From Actinomycetota bacterium (GTDB taxonomy: Bacteria; Actinomycetota; UBA4738; HRBIN12): a stretch of 64,000 bases of DNA. The position numbers and the translations under genes are program-made. The notes beneath the pieces are model-generated. The model saw only the letters and a program-made list of their open reading frames with translations, did not search any database and was not told the origin of the DNA. Numbering within the stretch: position 1 is the first letter of the stretch; each line of letters opens with the position of its first letter. The stretch spans positions 27,933-91,932 of the forward strand of contig JBBEAY010000017.1 of the NCBI GenBank assembly GCA_040882605.1, in the 5' to 3' direction. This document shows positions 1 to 10,251 of the stretch, one piece after another.

Positions 1-1
1 C

Positions 2-1030
2 GCGATCCCGATCGTCGACCAGCTCGACCCCGATGACCGCCGGCGGCCTGCGGCGCTGGTGCTGGTGCCGACCCGCGAGCTCGCGACGCAGGTGCGCGGC
101 GAGTTCGTCGATATCGCGAAGGCCAGGGGGCTCACCGTCAAGGCGGTCTACGGCGGCACCAGCGTGAGCGAGCAGTCCAAGGGTGTCAGCGACGTGCACA
201 TCTTGATCGCCACCCCGGGGCGCCTCGACGATCTCGCTCAGCGCAAGATGGTCCGACTCGACGGTGTGCGCATCTTCGTGCTCGATGAGGCCGACCGCAT
301 GCTCGATATGGGGTTCCAACCGCAGGTTGACCGCATCGTGCGGCGCCTGCCGAAGGACCGCCAGACGATGTTCTTCTCCGCCACGCTCGACGGCGCCGTG
401 GGCCGGATCGCCGAGGTGTATACGCGCGACCCTGTTCGCCACGAGGTCGAGTTCGAAGGCAAGACGGTCGAGGAGGCCGACCATCGCTTCGTGCCGGTCG
501 AGCCCCACGAGAAGCTCACCAAGCTGATCGAGCTCGCCCGGGCCGAAGAGCCCGACGGTCTCATGCTCGTGTTCGTGAACACGAAGCGGGCCGTCGATTC
601 GCTCGCTCGCCAGCTGCGAGCAGAGGGCGTGCCCACCGTGGCGATGCACGGCGACATGACGCAGCAGGCGCGTGAGAAGGCGCTGAGCCGGTTCGAGGAG
701 AAGCACGTGGGAGTGCTGATCGCGACCGACGTGGCCGCCAGAGGGCTCGACCTCGACGACATCACCCTGGTCGTGAACTACGATCCTCCGCAGGACGACA
801 AGGGGTACGTGCACCGCGTCGGTCGCACCGCCAGAGCGGGGCGTACCGGCACGAGCGTGACCTTCGTGACTCCCCAGCAGCTGGGTGATGTGAGCCGAAT
901 GGCCGCGCGCCTCGATCTGCACGAGGAGTTCGAACAGGAGGGGATGAAGGTCGCACCCCCTCGTACCGTCTTCAGTGGCAGCGTGCGCGGGCGTCGCTCG
1001 GGCCTGCGCGGCCCGAAACGCCGCCGATAA
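2..1030 (+). CDS. DEAD-box ATP-dependent RNA helicase, C-terminal part (5' end lies outside window)
   Basis: Frame stays open to the window edge, upstream of the Met at 59 listed in the ORF track. Motifs PTRELA (Ib), VLDEADRM (DEAD box, motif II), SAT (III) and HRVGRTARAG (VI) are present, with a basic RG-rich tail. Confidence 0.9.
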   Translation, partial: AIPIVDQLDPDDRRRPAALVLVPTRELATQVRGEFVDIAKARGLTVKAVYGGTSVSEQSKGVSDVHILIATPGRLDDLAQRKMVRLDGVRIFVLDEADRMLDMGFQPQVDRIVRRLPKDRQTMFFSATLDGAVGRIAEVYTRDPVRHEVEFEGKTVEEADHRFVPVEPHEKLTKLIELARAEEPDGLMLVFVNTKRAVDSLARQLRAEGVPTVAMHGDMTQQAREKALSRFEEKHVGVLIATDVAARGLDLDDITLVVNYDPPQDDKGYVHRVGRTARAGRTGTSVTFVTPQQLGDVSRMAARLDLHEEFEQEGMKVAPPRTVFSGSVRGRRSGLRGPKRRR

Positions 1031-1052
1031 CAGTGAGCGAGCGGGCTGTGGC

Positions 1053-3326
1053 CTAACCCACGTCGCCGTCCAGCATCTGCAGCGATGCGCGTCGATGCAA
1101 GACGAGGATGTCGGAAGCCGGCACCGGCCGCGAGAAGAAGTACCCCTGACCCAGCGGACAGCCCCGATCGGCGAGGAACCGCCACTCGCCTTCGGTCTCG
1201 ATGCCCTCGGCCAGCGGCGTCATGCCCAGGTTGTCGGCGAGCGAGATCATGGCCGACACCATGCTGGCCGCATCGCGATCGAGGTCGACCTCGCGCACGA
1301 ACGACCGATCGATCTTCAAGATGTCGACCGGCATGTGCCTGAGCCGGGCGAGCGAAGAGTATCCGGTGCCGAAGTCGTCGATGGCGATCTTCAACCCTCG
1401 CTCGTGCATCTCACCGAGCAGCTCGATCGTGCGGTCGGGGTCGGTCATGGCCGTCGATTCCGTGATCTCGACCGTGACCCGCTTGGGGTCCATGCCGGCG
1501 ATCACGATCGGCGCCACCATCTTGGCGACGAGCTCCGGCTGCCAGAGCTGGCGCGGGGAGAGATTGAATCCCACCTCGAGCTCGAGGCCCTCGGCGCGCC
1601 ATTGGGCATCTTGGCGGCAGATCTCCTCAACCACCCAGTCGCCGATCGCTTCGATCAGTCCCATCTCCTCGGCGAGCGGGATGAACTCACCCGGCTGCAC
1701 GAGACCTCCGTTGGGCTCGGGCCAGCGGATCAGGGCTTCGACGCCGAACATGCGACCGGACCCGAGCTCGATCAGCGGCTGGTAGTGCAGCATCCATTGC
1801 TTCTGTTCCACCGCCTTGCGCAGGCGCGTTGACATCGAGAGCCGGGTCATGGCGTTGCCCGGTTCCGTCGAGTGCATGACGCATCCGCCAGGTCCGATCT
1901 TCTTCGACTGGAACATCGCCGATTCGGCGTTCGTGAGCAGCGTCGTCGCATCATCGGCGTCACTGGGGAAGACACTGATGCCCTGGCTCGCGGTGAGATA
2001 CAGCTCGGTGCCGGCGATCTGGAAGGCTTGACGCATCGCCTCCTGGATGCGCGTGGCGACCGCCTCCGCCGTGATCGATCCGCCGTCTTGCCCACCGGGC
2101 ACGGGTGAGGCCGTGTCGAGGTCGGCGAGCAGCACCAGGAACTCGTCGCCACCCGGACGTGCCACGAGGTCGGTGTCCCTCGTGGCTTCGCGGAGCCGGT
2201 CGGCCAGCGATCGGATGAGCTCGTCCCCCTTCTCATGACCCAGTGAGTCGTTCACGAGCTTGAAGTCGTCGAGGTCCACCGAGATCACCGCGACCCCGTC
2301 ACCGTTGCGCCGAGCGCGCGAGAGCGAGCGCTCGAGCAGGTCGTCGAACATCGTACGGTTCGCCATGCCGGTCAGCTTGTCGTGGTAGGCGAGGTAGGCG
2401 ATCTGCTCCTCGGCAGCCTTGCGCTCGGTGATGTCGAGCATCACGCCCTGGATCAGTGCTGGCTCGCCGTCGGCGTTGGACAGCACGATCGCGGAGTCGC
2501 GGAACCACAGCACCCGGCCGTCTCGCGCGACTAGGCGATATTCGTATGCGAACGGCTGGCCGATCTCGCGACCGCGAAGGTATGTCTCGATCGCTGAGGC
2601 TCGGTCGTCGGGGTGCAGCATGCGTGCCCACAGATCGGGATCCCCGACGTACTCATCCGCCGTGCAGCCCAGCAGGGGCAGGATCTGCGGGCTCACGTAG
2701 GTCGTGGTCATCAGCTCATCCGCGATGTCCACGTAGACGATGGCCGGGATCTGTTCCACGAGTGCCCCGTACTTCGAGCGCACCTCGTGGAGCTGGCCGC
2801 GGGTCGCAGTCTCGTCTGTCACATCGAGCATCAGGCCGAGCCAGTACATCGGCGTGCCGTGCTCGTCGCGGAGCAACACGCCATCTTCCTTGATCCAGAT
2901 CTCTTGGCCGTCGCGGTGGATCGCCCGGTACTCGATGAGGAAGGGCTCGCCGGTCTCGGCGGCGCGCTCGGTCGCCGAAACGACACGCTCGCGATCGTCG
3001 GGATGCACGCGGTCGACCCAGGCGTGAGGGTGGGCGAGCCACTCTTCCCGAGTGACGCCGAGCAGTGCGTCGATGCCGGGGCTGACGTCGAACACGGGCG
3101 CATCGGCGCCGAGGCCTTCGAGGTAGATCACGGCGGGGAGCTCGTCGATGATGCCCCGGTAGCGCACTTCGAGGTCGCGCAGCTGGGCCTGGAGGTCCGC
3201 GACGCCGCCGTCGACACCTGGGGCCATCTGCTGCACGGCGGGGAAGAAGCCCTGATGGGCGGTCGTCGCTTCGGGGGTCGCCTGTGTGGTCTGGTCGTCG
3301 AAGCTCATGCTGCCGGCCTGTTCCAT
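1053..3326 (-). CDS. PAS/PAC-GGDEF-EAL c-di-GMP signalling protein (diguanylate cyclase/phosphodiesterase)
   Basis: 757-aa ORF with two PAS-like blocks near the N-terminus, a GGDEF motif (RPGGDEFLVLL) and an EAL motif (EALIRWPEP) with downstream conserved DDFGTGYSSL. Confidence 0.88.
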   Translation of the reverse strand: MEQAGSMSFDDQTTQATPEATTAHQGFFPAVQQMAPGVDGGVADLQAQLRDLEVRYRGIIDELPAVIYLEGLGADAPVFDVSPGIDALLGVTREEWLAHPHAWVDRVHPDDRERVVSATERAAETGEPFLIEYRAIHRDGQEIWIKEDGVLLRDEHGTPMYWLGLMLDVTDETATRGQLHEVRSKYGALVEQIPAIVYVDIADELMTTTYVSPQILPLLGCTADEYVGDPDLWARMLHPDDRASAIETYLRGREIGQPFAYEYRLVARDGRVLWFRDSAIVLSNADGEPALIQGVMLDITERKAAEEQIAYLAYHDKLTGMANRTMFDDLLERSLSRARRNGDGVAVISVDLDDFKLVNDSLGHEKGDELIRSLADRLREATRDTDLVARPGGDEFLVLLADLDTASPVPGGQDGGSITAEAVATRIQEAMRQAFQIAGTELYLTASQGISVFPSDADDATTLLTNAESAMFQSKKIGPGGCVMHSTEPGNAMTRLSMSTRLRKAVEQKQWMLHYQPLIELGSGRMFGVEALIRWPEPNGGLVQPGEFIPLAEEMGLIEAIGDWVVEEICRQDAQWRAEGLELEVGFNLSPRQLWQPELVAKMVAPIVIAGMDPKRVTVEITESTAMTDPDRTIELLGEMHERGLKIAIDDFGTGYSSLARLRHMPVDILKIDRSFVREVDLDRDAASMVSAMISLADNLGMTPLAEGIETEGEWRFLADRGCPLGQGYFFSRPVPASDILVLHRRASLQMLDGDVG

Positions 3327-3461
3327 GCACGTCGATCGCCGGACGCATCGCCCGACCTTGTCTACATCGGCGCACGATCGGGCCAGCTTGAACGCTGGAG
3401 TACGAGGATCGAAGGGGTGCCGCCAAGCGGGTTCCCCGTCTCGCCAGTCGGATCCCCGCTC

Positions 3462-4328
3462 TTAGCAGCCGGTCTCGTCGGGAAGCAGGGGGCGGAATGC
3501 GATCGCGTACCGACGGCCCTCGCTCGTCCACGGTGTGAGCTGGTTCGCCATCTGCACGACGGGCAGGAGTTGCTCGGTCCATTCGGCGCCGGTCACCGCG
3601 ATGCATCGGAGCCCGGCCCCCGCCTTCTCGCCGATGCCATCGAGGGGCGTCGCGAGCGGCCATCCCATGTCGGACTGGGGCGGATCGGGCTGACCTCGAT
3701 ACTCGGACACGAGCGCGCGAGCCCCGGTCGGATCGTACGGAGCCGCATCGGACACCGAGCTCTCGGGGAGCCATGTCTCGAGTGATCGGAGCTGCTCGAC
3801 GAGACGCAGGAGCTTCTTCCGGGCCTCGAACTCATCGTCGGGCATGCCGGGCATCTGGGCGCTCAGCTCGCTCAGGGCGTAGATGCGCACCGTGCGATCG
3901 ATGTCGCCGAAGCGCGCGGTGAACACCGTGTCCGCAGCGTCGGCGATGCCCACCGAGCCCATGTCGGTGAGGTCGCCCACGTCGTCGAGGTTCGCGTCGA
4001 GGGCCGCCTCGAGGATCGCCTGGAGGCCGGCTTGGTCGATCTTCGAAATCTCGATCGAGGGAAGCGCGGGGCCGGGGTAGATCTCGATCTGCGGGCCCGG
4101 GCGCACGACCGTGCCGTCGCCGTAGAGCGAGAACGAAGGAAGGTTCGTGAGCTGGAACTCAGGGGGGGTGTAGCCGCCCTCGTATCCCCATCGCAGCAAC
4201 AGATCGCTCGGTTCCCCGGAGTGGGATATGCCTTGCGAGGTCGAACCGCCGCCAGCCGTGGGGGCGTCGGCGCACGCGGACAGCATGAGAGCCACGAGGG
4301 CGAGGGGAGCGATCGGTCGCAGGTTCAC
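3462..4328 (-). CDS. Putative lipoprotein of unknown function
   Basis: Trimmed from the 375-aa ORF to the GTG at Val88, which is preceded by GGAAAGGA. The N-terminus VNLRPIAPLALVALMLSAC has a lipobox (LSAC). The upstream part of the ORF is Ser/Thr/Pro-rich junk. No recognisable catalytic motifs. Confidence 0.6.
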   Translation of the reverse strand: MNLRPIAPLALVALMLSACADAPTAGGGSTSQGISHSGEPSDLLLRWGYEGGYTPPEFQLTNLPSFSLYGDGTVVRPGPQIEIYPGPALPSIEISKIDQAGLQAILEAALDANLDDVGDLTDMGSVGIADAADTVFTARFGDIDRTVRIYALSELSAQMPGMPDDEFEARKKLLRLVEQLRSLETWLPESSVSDAAPYDPTGARALVSEYRGQPDPPQSDMGWPLATPLDGIGEKAGAGLRCIAVTGAEWTEQLLPVVQMANQLTPWTSEGRRYAIAFRPLLPDETGC

Positions 4329-4413
4329 GGTGGTCCTTTCCGGGTCGGCTGCGTGGGCCCGTACGACGTCCCGGCGATGCAGATGGGTTCCCGGGCCAGG
4401 GTAACCTCCGGGG

Positions 4414-5484
4414 GTGAGCGGAACGATGCGGGCCCTGCGGAAGACGGCGCGTGGCCCCGGCGCCGAGCTCGTCGAGATCCCGATCCCTGTGCCCGGCGAC
4501 GACGAGGTGCTGGTCCGGGTGCACGGCGCCTCGATCTGCGGCACCGACCTGCACATGCTCGAATGGAACGAATGGGCCGACAGGCGCATCGGCCCGGTGC
4601 CGATGACGTTCGGTCACGAGATGGCCGGAACGGTGCACGCGGTGGGCGACGAAGTGCACCACCTGCAGCCCGGCACGTTCGTCGCGGCCGAGACGCACAT
4701 CGCCTGCGGCCGCTGTTCCACCTGTCAGACGGGTCGCGCGCACATCTGCGAGAACCTACGCATCCTCGGCGTCGACACAGAGGGCGCTTTCGCCGAGTTC
4801 GTGGTGCTGCCCGCCCAGAACGCCTGGGTCGTGGGCGAGGGTATCGACCCCGACGTGGCGTCGATCATGGAGCCGTTCGGCAATGCCGTACATGCGGCGT
4901 TCGGCACGGGGGGCGGCGAGGACATCGCCACCAACGTGGTCGCCGTGATCGGGTGCGGCCCGATCGGCATGTTCGCCGTCGGTGTCGTCCGCTCGCTCGG
5001 CGCGTTCAAAGTGATCGCGATCGAACCGAACGACTACCGGCGTCAGAAGGCCCGGGAGATGGGCGCCGACGTGCTGATCGATCCCACCGAGGTCGATCCG
5101 GTCGCCGCCGTGCTCGAGCAGACGAAGGGTGTGGGCGCCGAGGTCGTGCTCGAGATGAGCGGGAACGCGAAGGCGATCGATCAGGGCACTCGCATGCTCG
5201 CCCGCGGTGGGCGCATGTCACTGTTGGGACTTCCCGACGCTTCGGTCGCGCTCGACCTGAACGACCAGGTGATCTTCAAGGAAGCTCGCCTGCAGGGCAT
5301 CACCGGACGGGAGATGTTCCGAACGTGGCAGCAGACGACGACGCTGCTCTCGACGGGGCGTGTCGACGTCTCGCCTGTGATCACGCATCGGTTCAGCTTC
5401 GATCATTGGCAGGAAGCCTTCGAGACCACGGCCTCAGGCCGCTCCGGCAAGGTGATCCTCGTGCTGAACGGCACGGGCGCATGA
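4414..5484 (+). CDS. tdh: L-threonine 3-dehydrogenase (Zn-dependent MDR family)
   Basis: GASICGTDLH zinc-ADH signature, structural-zinc Cys cluster CGRCSTCQTGRAHIC, Rossmann GCGPIGM. It is followed directly by kbl, the classic tdh-kbl pair. Confidence 0.88.
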   Translation: MSGTMRALRKTARGPGAELVEIPIPVPGDDEVLVRVHGASICGTDLHMLEWNEWADRRIGPVPMTFGHEMAGTVHAVGDEVHHLQPGTFVAAETHIACGRCSTCQTGRAHICENLRILGVDTEGAFAEFVVLPAQNAWVVGEGIDPDVASIMEPFGNAVHAAFGTGGGEDIATNVVAVIGCGPIGMFAVGVVRSLGAFKVIAIEPNDYRRQKAREMGADVLIDPTEVDPVAAVLEQTKGVGAEVVLEMSGNAKAIDQGTRMLARGGRMSLLGLPDASVALDLNDQVIFKEARLQGITGREMFRTWQQTTTLLSTGRVDVSPVITHRFSFDHWQEAFETTASGRSGKVILVLNGTGA

Positions 5485-5518
5485 TGGTGCCGAACGGCAC
5501 GGGTGTGAGCGACGGATC

Positions 5519-6700
5519 ATGACTGACGCGCTCGGGTTCTTGAAGGACGAACTGGCGGCGCTCGAACGAGATGGGCTGCTGCTGCATCCGCGAACCCTCG
5601 AAGGCCCGCAGGGGGCTCGAGCCCGCTACGACGGGCGCGACGTGATCAACCTGGCATCGAACAACTACTTGGGGCTCGCCAACCATCCCCGCCTGAACGA
5701 GGCGGCGAGCCGGGCCGCGACCGAGCTCGGCTCGGGGTCGGGGGCCGTTCGCACGATCGCCGGCCAGATGACGATGCACCGTGAGCTCGAATCTCGTTTC
5801 GCGGCCTTCAAGCACACGGACGCCGCGCTCATGTTCCAGTCGGGGTTCACCTCGAACTCAGGCACGGTCGCCGCGATCCTCACGAAGGACGACGTCATCG
5901 TCTCCGATCGGCTCAACCACGCTTCGATCATCGACGGCGCCCGTCTGTCGCGCGCCGGGGTCGCGGTGTTCGACCATCGAGACGCCGATCACGCAGATCG
6001 TCTGCTCGCCGAGACCGCGCAGCCAGGCCGCCGCCAACTGCTCATCACCGACGGCGTGTTCTCGATGGACGGTGACATCGCGCCTCTGCCCGACCTCGTC
6101 GATGTCGCCGAGCGGCACGGCGCCATCATGATGGTCGACGACGCGCACGCCACCGGTGTGCTCGGTGCGGGCGGCGCCGGCACGGTCGAACACTTCGGGC
6201 TGCGGGGCCGGGTCGACATCCAGGTGGGCACGTTGTCGAAGGCGATCGGCGTGATCGGAGGGTTCATCGCCGGCTCCTCGCACCTGATCGAGTGGCTGCA
6301 GAACCGAGGGCGCCCCTATCTGTTCTCGACGAGCGCCCCACCGCCTGTGGTCGCAGCATGTTCTGCCGCGCTCGACGTGATCGCAGACGAGCCAGATCGG
6401 CTCGAGCGCCTGTGGTCGAACACAGCGTTGCTCAAGGATGGGTTGGTCGGGCTCGGGTTCGATACAGGCGCGAGCCAGACCCCGATCACCCCGGTGATAA
6501 CGGGTGACGAGGAACGCACGCAGGTGTTCGCGCGCCGCCTGTTCGAGAATGGGGTGTTCTGTCCAGCGATCGTGTTCCCGACGGTCGGCAAGGGCATGGC
6601 GCGCGTCCGCACGATCGTCACCGCCGATCACACCGAGGACGATCTGCGCGAGGCGCTCGAGGTGTTCGCAAGGGTGGGTTCGGAGCTCGGGCTGCGCTGA
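5519..6700 (+). CDS. kbl: 2-amino-3-ketobutyrate CoA ligase (glycine C-acetyltransferase)
   Basis: 393-aa alpha-oxoamine synthase fold. It has the PLP-lysine motif GTLSKAIG and the MVDDAHATG and FSMDGD blocks. Its position next to tdh fits. Confidence 0.88.
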   Translation: MTDALGFLKDELAALERDGLLLHPRTLEGPQGARARYDGRDVINLASNNYLGLANHPRLNEAASRAATELGSGSGAVRTIAGQMTMHRELESRFAAFKHTDAALMFQSGFTSNSGTVAAILTKDDVIVSDRLNHASIIDGARLSRAGVAVFDHRDADHADRLLAETAQPGRRQLLITDGVFSMDGDIAPLPDLVDVAERHGAIMMVDDAHATGVLGAGGAGTVEHFGLRGRVDIQVGTLSKAIGVIGGFIAGSSHLIEWLQNRGRPYLFSTSAPPPVVAACSAALDVIADEPDRLERLWSNTALLKDGLVGLGFDTGASQTPITPVITGDEERTQVFARRLFENGVFCPAIVFPTVGKGMARVRTIVTADHTEDDLREALEVFARVGSELGLR

Positions 6701-6749
6701 CCGCGCGGCGCTGCTCGCCCGCACTGCAGCATGTCGCCCTGGCGCGGGA

Positions 6750-7508
6750 TCAGGCGCGGGCGATGGCGCGCGCTTCGATGCCGGCCAGCAGCAGGTCGAG
6801 TCCGAACTCGAACTGTTCGTCGGGGTCGCACTCGGCCAGATGGGGCAGGGCAGCGATGATGCACGGCAATCGGTCGGCCGGAAGGAACTGGGCGAAGGCC
6901 TCATCGGGGATCTTCGCGTGCACGGCGTTGAGGTCGAGCGCCTTCCCGTTGCGCATCGTGCCGGCTGAGAACATCGCACCGACCTCCATCATCACCACGC
7001 CCATGATGTAGCCCCCGATCACATTGAAGACCTGCACGCCTTCGCGCGCGTCGATGCCTGCGCGTCCGATCGCGCGGAGCGCGAATTCCATGGGCATCAG
7101 GGATTCGAGGTCGGTCATGGGGCGCTGACGGTCGGCCCAGAGCGCGATCACATTCGGATGATCGCGGAGAACGCGGCGCCATTCCCGCGCCCCGTCACGA
7201 GCGACCTCGATCCACGGACGGTCCTCGGGCGGGTAACGGAAGTCGCGCATCACGAGAGCGCAGACGCCGTCGAGCAGATCTTCCTTGTCACGGACGTGGT
7301 GGTAGAGCGACATCGCCTCGACGCCGACCTCGCGAGCCACCCGGCGCATCGTCACGGCGTCGAGGCCTTCGGCATCCATGATGTGAAGAGCGGCATCGAC
7401 CACGCGTTCACGTGTGAGACGCTCCTTGACCGGCGCCTCGACGACGGCGGCGTCGGACTTCCGCTTGCGGGTTCGTGCCGGCATCCGCGTCGTTCTCCGA
7501 ACGTTCAC
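6750..7508 (-). CDS. TetR/AcrR family transcriptional regulator
   Basis: N-terminal HTH region (ERVVDAALHIMDAEGLDAVTMRRVAREVGVEAMSLYHHVRDKEDLL) typical of TetR. It is divergent from an MMPL transporter. The true start may be the internal Met (MPARTRKRK), about 24 nt downstream. Confidence 0.85.
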   Translation of the reverse strand: MNVRRTTRMPARTRKRKSDAAVVEAPVKERLTRERVVDAALHIMDAEGLDAVTMRRVAREVGVEAMSLYHHVRDKEDLLDGVCALVMRDFRYPPEDRPWIEVARDGAREWRRVLRDHPNVIALWADRQRPMTDLESLMPMEFALRAIGRAGIDAREGVQVFNVIGGYIMGVVMMEVGAMFSAGTMRNGKALDLNAVHAKIPDEAFAQFLPADRLPCIIAALPHLAECDPDEQFEFGLDLLLAGIEARAIARA

Positions 7509-7529
7509 TGGAACGGGCTAAGATCGGAC

Positions 7530-7558
7530 TTGACAAACTTACAGTGTATACCTATGCT
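7530..7558 (+). promoter_or_regulatory. Near-consensus sigma70/SigA-type promoter (TTGACA-N17-TATGCT) reading into the MMPL gene; coordinates approximate (+/-2)
   Basis: The sequence ttgacaaacttacagtgtatacctatgct sits in a local AT-rich patch (7509-7641) between the divergent TetR and MMPL genes. Confidence 0.5.
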
Positions 7559-7560
7559 CC

Positions 7561-7586
7561 CGTACGTTGTAAGCATACATCGTACG
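7561..7586. promoter_or_regulatory. 26-bp imperfect palindrome, candidate TetR operator, lying over the predicted transcription start; coordinates approximate
   Basis: cgtacgttgtaag/catacatcgtacg: 11 of 13 positions are self-complementary. It lies immediately downstream of the -10 box. A second short palindrome, gtatac, sits inside the spacer. Confidence 0.45.
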
Positions 7587-7641
7587 TCAAGCTGTCGGAG
7601 GGAAGCACAGCCGGCATCGACCGACGAAGGGGAACGCGGGG

Positions 7642-10194
7642 ATGCGTATGAATCCCGAATCGCTTGCGAAGGCGAGCAGCCGTCATCCGTACAGGACCGT
7701 TGGTATCTGGGTGGCTCTGCTGATCGCCGGGATCGTCTCGGCCGCCACGCTGCTAGGCCCGGCGTTGACGACCGATTTCGACTTCACCAACTTGCCCGAG
7801 GCCAAGCGCGCGCAGCAGCTTCTCGAGGAGCGGAAGCTGACCGAGGACGTGATCACGGAAACGTTCGTGGTCGCGGGCGAACCCGGCGCGATCGACCACC
7901 CTGCGTTCACCGACCAGGTGAACGGGTTCATCACCGAGCTTCAAGGGCTCGGACCCGACGCGTTCTCCGGACTGCCTGGGGCCTTCCCTCTGACCGAGGA
8001 GCAGGCGGCCGACCCACAGGTCGCGGCGCTCGGTCCGATCCCATCCGAGGACGGGTCCGCCGTATTGTTCACGGGCGTCTACGCCGGTGACATCGACGAC
8101 GCGACCCCGCACTTCGAGGACGTCGATACGGCTCGCGAGGCGGCGTCGACCGACGGGGTCGAGGCCTACATGCTGGGCGCGGTGAGCTCGTCCGAAGACT
8201 TCAAGGTCATCTCCGAAGAGGACCTTGCCTTCGGGGAAAGCATCGGCATCACCGCCGCCATCATCGTGTTGTTGATCGTGTTCGGCGCGATCGTGGCCGG
8301 CTTGCTCCCGCTGCTGATGACCGTCTTGTTCACGCTTCCCATCACCCTGGGCATCGTGGGTTTGCTGGGCACGCTGTGGGACTTCAGCTTCTTCACGCCG
8401 AACCTGATCACGATGATGGGCATCGCGGTCGGCGTGGACTACGCGTTGTTCATCGTGTCCCGCTATCGTGAAGAGCGCCACAATGGTCGCGAGAAGGACG
8501 ATGCGATCCGCGCATCGGGCGCCACGGCATCGCGCGCGGTGTTCTTCAGCGGGTTGACAGTGGTGGTCGCGCTCGCCGGCATGCTGCTGGTGCCGACCAC
8601 GATCTTCCGGAGCCTCGCTGGCGGCGCGATCGTCGTCGTGCTGGTCTCGGTGATCTCGTCGATGACGTTGTTACCAGGGGTGCTTTCGTTGCTCGGCGAC
8701 CGCGTCAATTGGCCCTACCTGTCCCGTATCCCCACGATCGCGGTGTTCGTCGCGATGCTCGTGGGCGGTGTCGTGGTGGGTGGGGCGCTCGCCGCTGCGG
8801 GAGCCGTTGCGGTGGCGCCGATCGGCGGTCTCGTGGGCTTCATCGCCGCAGGCATCCTCGTCAATCGCATGGTGAAGCGGGGAGCGTTCAGTCGCTACTC
8901 GCGACCGGAAGGCTCGAGCCTCAGTACCGAGGGTGGGTTCTGGGATCGCGTCACCCGGGTCGTCATGCGGCGCCCGGTTCTGTGGCTCGCGGTCGGAGGC
9001 TCCCTCATGATCGCGCTCTCGCTGCCGCATTGGTTCCAGGGTCACCCTGACGGCGAGGGCCGCGGGATCAAGACCGGGCTCGCGGGCATCAGCACGCTTC
9101 CCGACGGCATCCAGAGCAAGGAAGCCTTCGACATCATCGTGGAGCGGTTCCCGGAGACAGGCGCCCAGGCCTCTGTCGACATCGTCGTCCAGGCAGAAGG
9201 CGTCGGTACCGCCGGTCCGGAGCCCGGTGCTCCCGGCGAGCTCACAGCTGAGTACGCGACGGCCGTGCAGAGCCTGGAGTCAGCGATCGCCGCCGACGGC
9301 ACTCTCGGCACACCGTCTGAGCCGTTGGTCAGTCAGGACGGCTCGCTCGCCCTGATCGAGATCCCGCTGGCGGGCGCTGCCACCGACTCCCAGGGTGAGG
9401 TCGCGGTCGCGGCCATCTCGAAACTGCGTGAGACCTATGTGCCCGAGGCGTTCGACCCCACCTCGGCGACCGTGCTGGTCGGAGGCGACACGGCGTTCGT
9501 GAAGGACTTCTTCGACATCTCCGACACGTACACGCCGCTGATCATCTTGGTGGTCCTGGGGTTGTCGTTCCTTCTGCTCACGGTCGTGTTCCGCTCGATC
9601 GTGGTGCCGATCAAGGCGATCATCATGAACCTCCTTTCGGTTGGCGCCGCATACGGGCTCATCGTGCTGGTGTTCCAGAAGGGCGGACCCGCGTTGGGTG
9701 AGTCGATCGCGAGCCTGTTCGGGTTCCAACAGGTCGATGCGATCGAGTCCTGGCTTCCGCTGTTCCTGTTCTCGATCCTGTTCGGCCTGTCGATGGATTA
9801 CCACGTGTTCTTGCTCACGCGCATCCGGGAGCAGTACGACAAGACCCACGACAACGCCGGAGCGGTCGCCTACGGGCTGCGCACGACGGGCGGCATCATC
9901 ACCGGCGCCGCGATCATCATGGTCGCGGTGTTCGCCGGCTTCGCAGCGGGACGCCTGACGTCGCTCGAGCAGATGGGCTTCGGCCTCGCCGTGGCGGTGT
10001 TCCTCGACGCGACGGTCGTGCGCTCGATCCTGGTGCCCTCGACGATGCGATTGCTCGGCGACCGCAACTGGTACCTGCCGGGCTGGCTGCAGTGGCTGCC
10101 CAAGATCGACGTCGAAGGACACTCGACAGAGGAAGCCACCGTCGTAGTGCCCGACACGCCGGCCGAGCTGGTGGAGGCGGACGCGAATGAGTAG
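7642..10194 (+). CDS. MMPL family RND-type transporter
   Basis: 850-aa protein with two blocks of transmembrane helices separated by large extracytoplasmic domains. It is divergent from a TetR regulator, the typical mmpL arrangement. Confidence 0.85.
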   Translation: MRMNPESLAKASSRHPYRTVGIWVALLIAGIVSAATLLGPALTTDFDFTNLPEAKRAQQLLEERKLTEDVITETFVVAGEPGAIDHPAFTDQVNGFITELQGLGPDAFSGLPGAFPLTEEQAADPQVAALGPIPSEDGSAVLFTGVYAGDIDDATPHFEDVDTAREAASTDGVEAYMLGAVSSSEDFKVISEEDLAFGESIGITAAIIVLLIVFGAIVAGLLPLLMTVLFTLPITLGIVGLLGTLWDFSFFTPNLITMMGIAVGVDYALFIVSRYREERHNGREKDDAIRASGATASRAVFFSGLTVVVALAGMLLVPTTIFRSLAGGAIVVVLVSVISSMTLLPGVLSLLGDRVNWPYLSRIPTIAVFVAMLVGGVVVGGALAAAGAVAVAPIGGLVGFIAAGILVNRMVKRGAFSRYSRPEGSSLSTEGGFWDRVTRVVMRRPVLWLAVGGSLMIALSLPHWFQGHPDGEGRGIKTGLAGISTLPDGIQSKEAFDIIVERFPETGAQASVDIVVQAEGVGTAGPEPGAPGELTAEYATAVQSLESAIAADGTLGTPSEPLVSQDGSLALIEIPLAGAATDSQGEVAVAAISKLRETYVPEAFDPTSATVLVGGDTAFVKDFFDISDTYTPLIILVVLGLSFLLLTVVFRSIVVPIKAIIMNLLSVGAAYGLIVLVFQKGGPALGESIASLFGFQQVDAIESWLPLFLFSILFGLSMDYHVFLLTRIREQYDKTHDNAGAVAYGLRTTGGIITGAAIIMVAVFAGFAAGRLTSLEQMGFGLAVAVFLDATVVRSILVPSTMRLLGDRNWYLPGWLQWLPKIDVEGHSTEEATVVVPDTPAELVEADANE

Positions 10195-10251
10195 TCATGA
10201 CCCAGCGCCCCGGCCTCGCCGAGCAGCTCTCCTCGCAAGGGCCCCGCTCGC

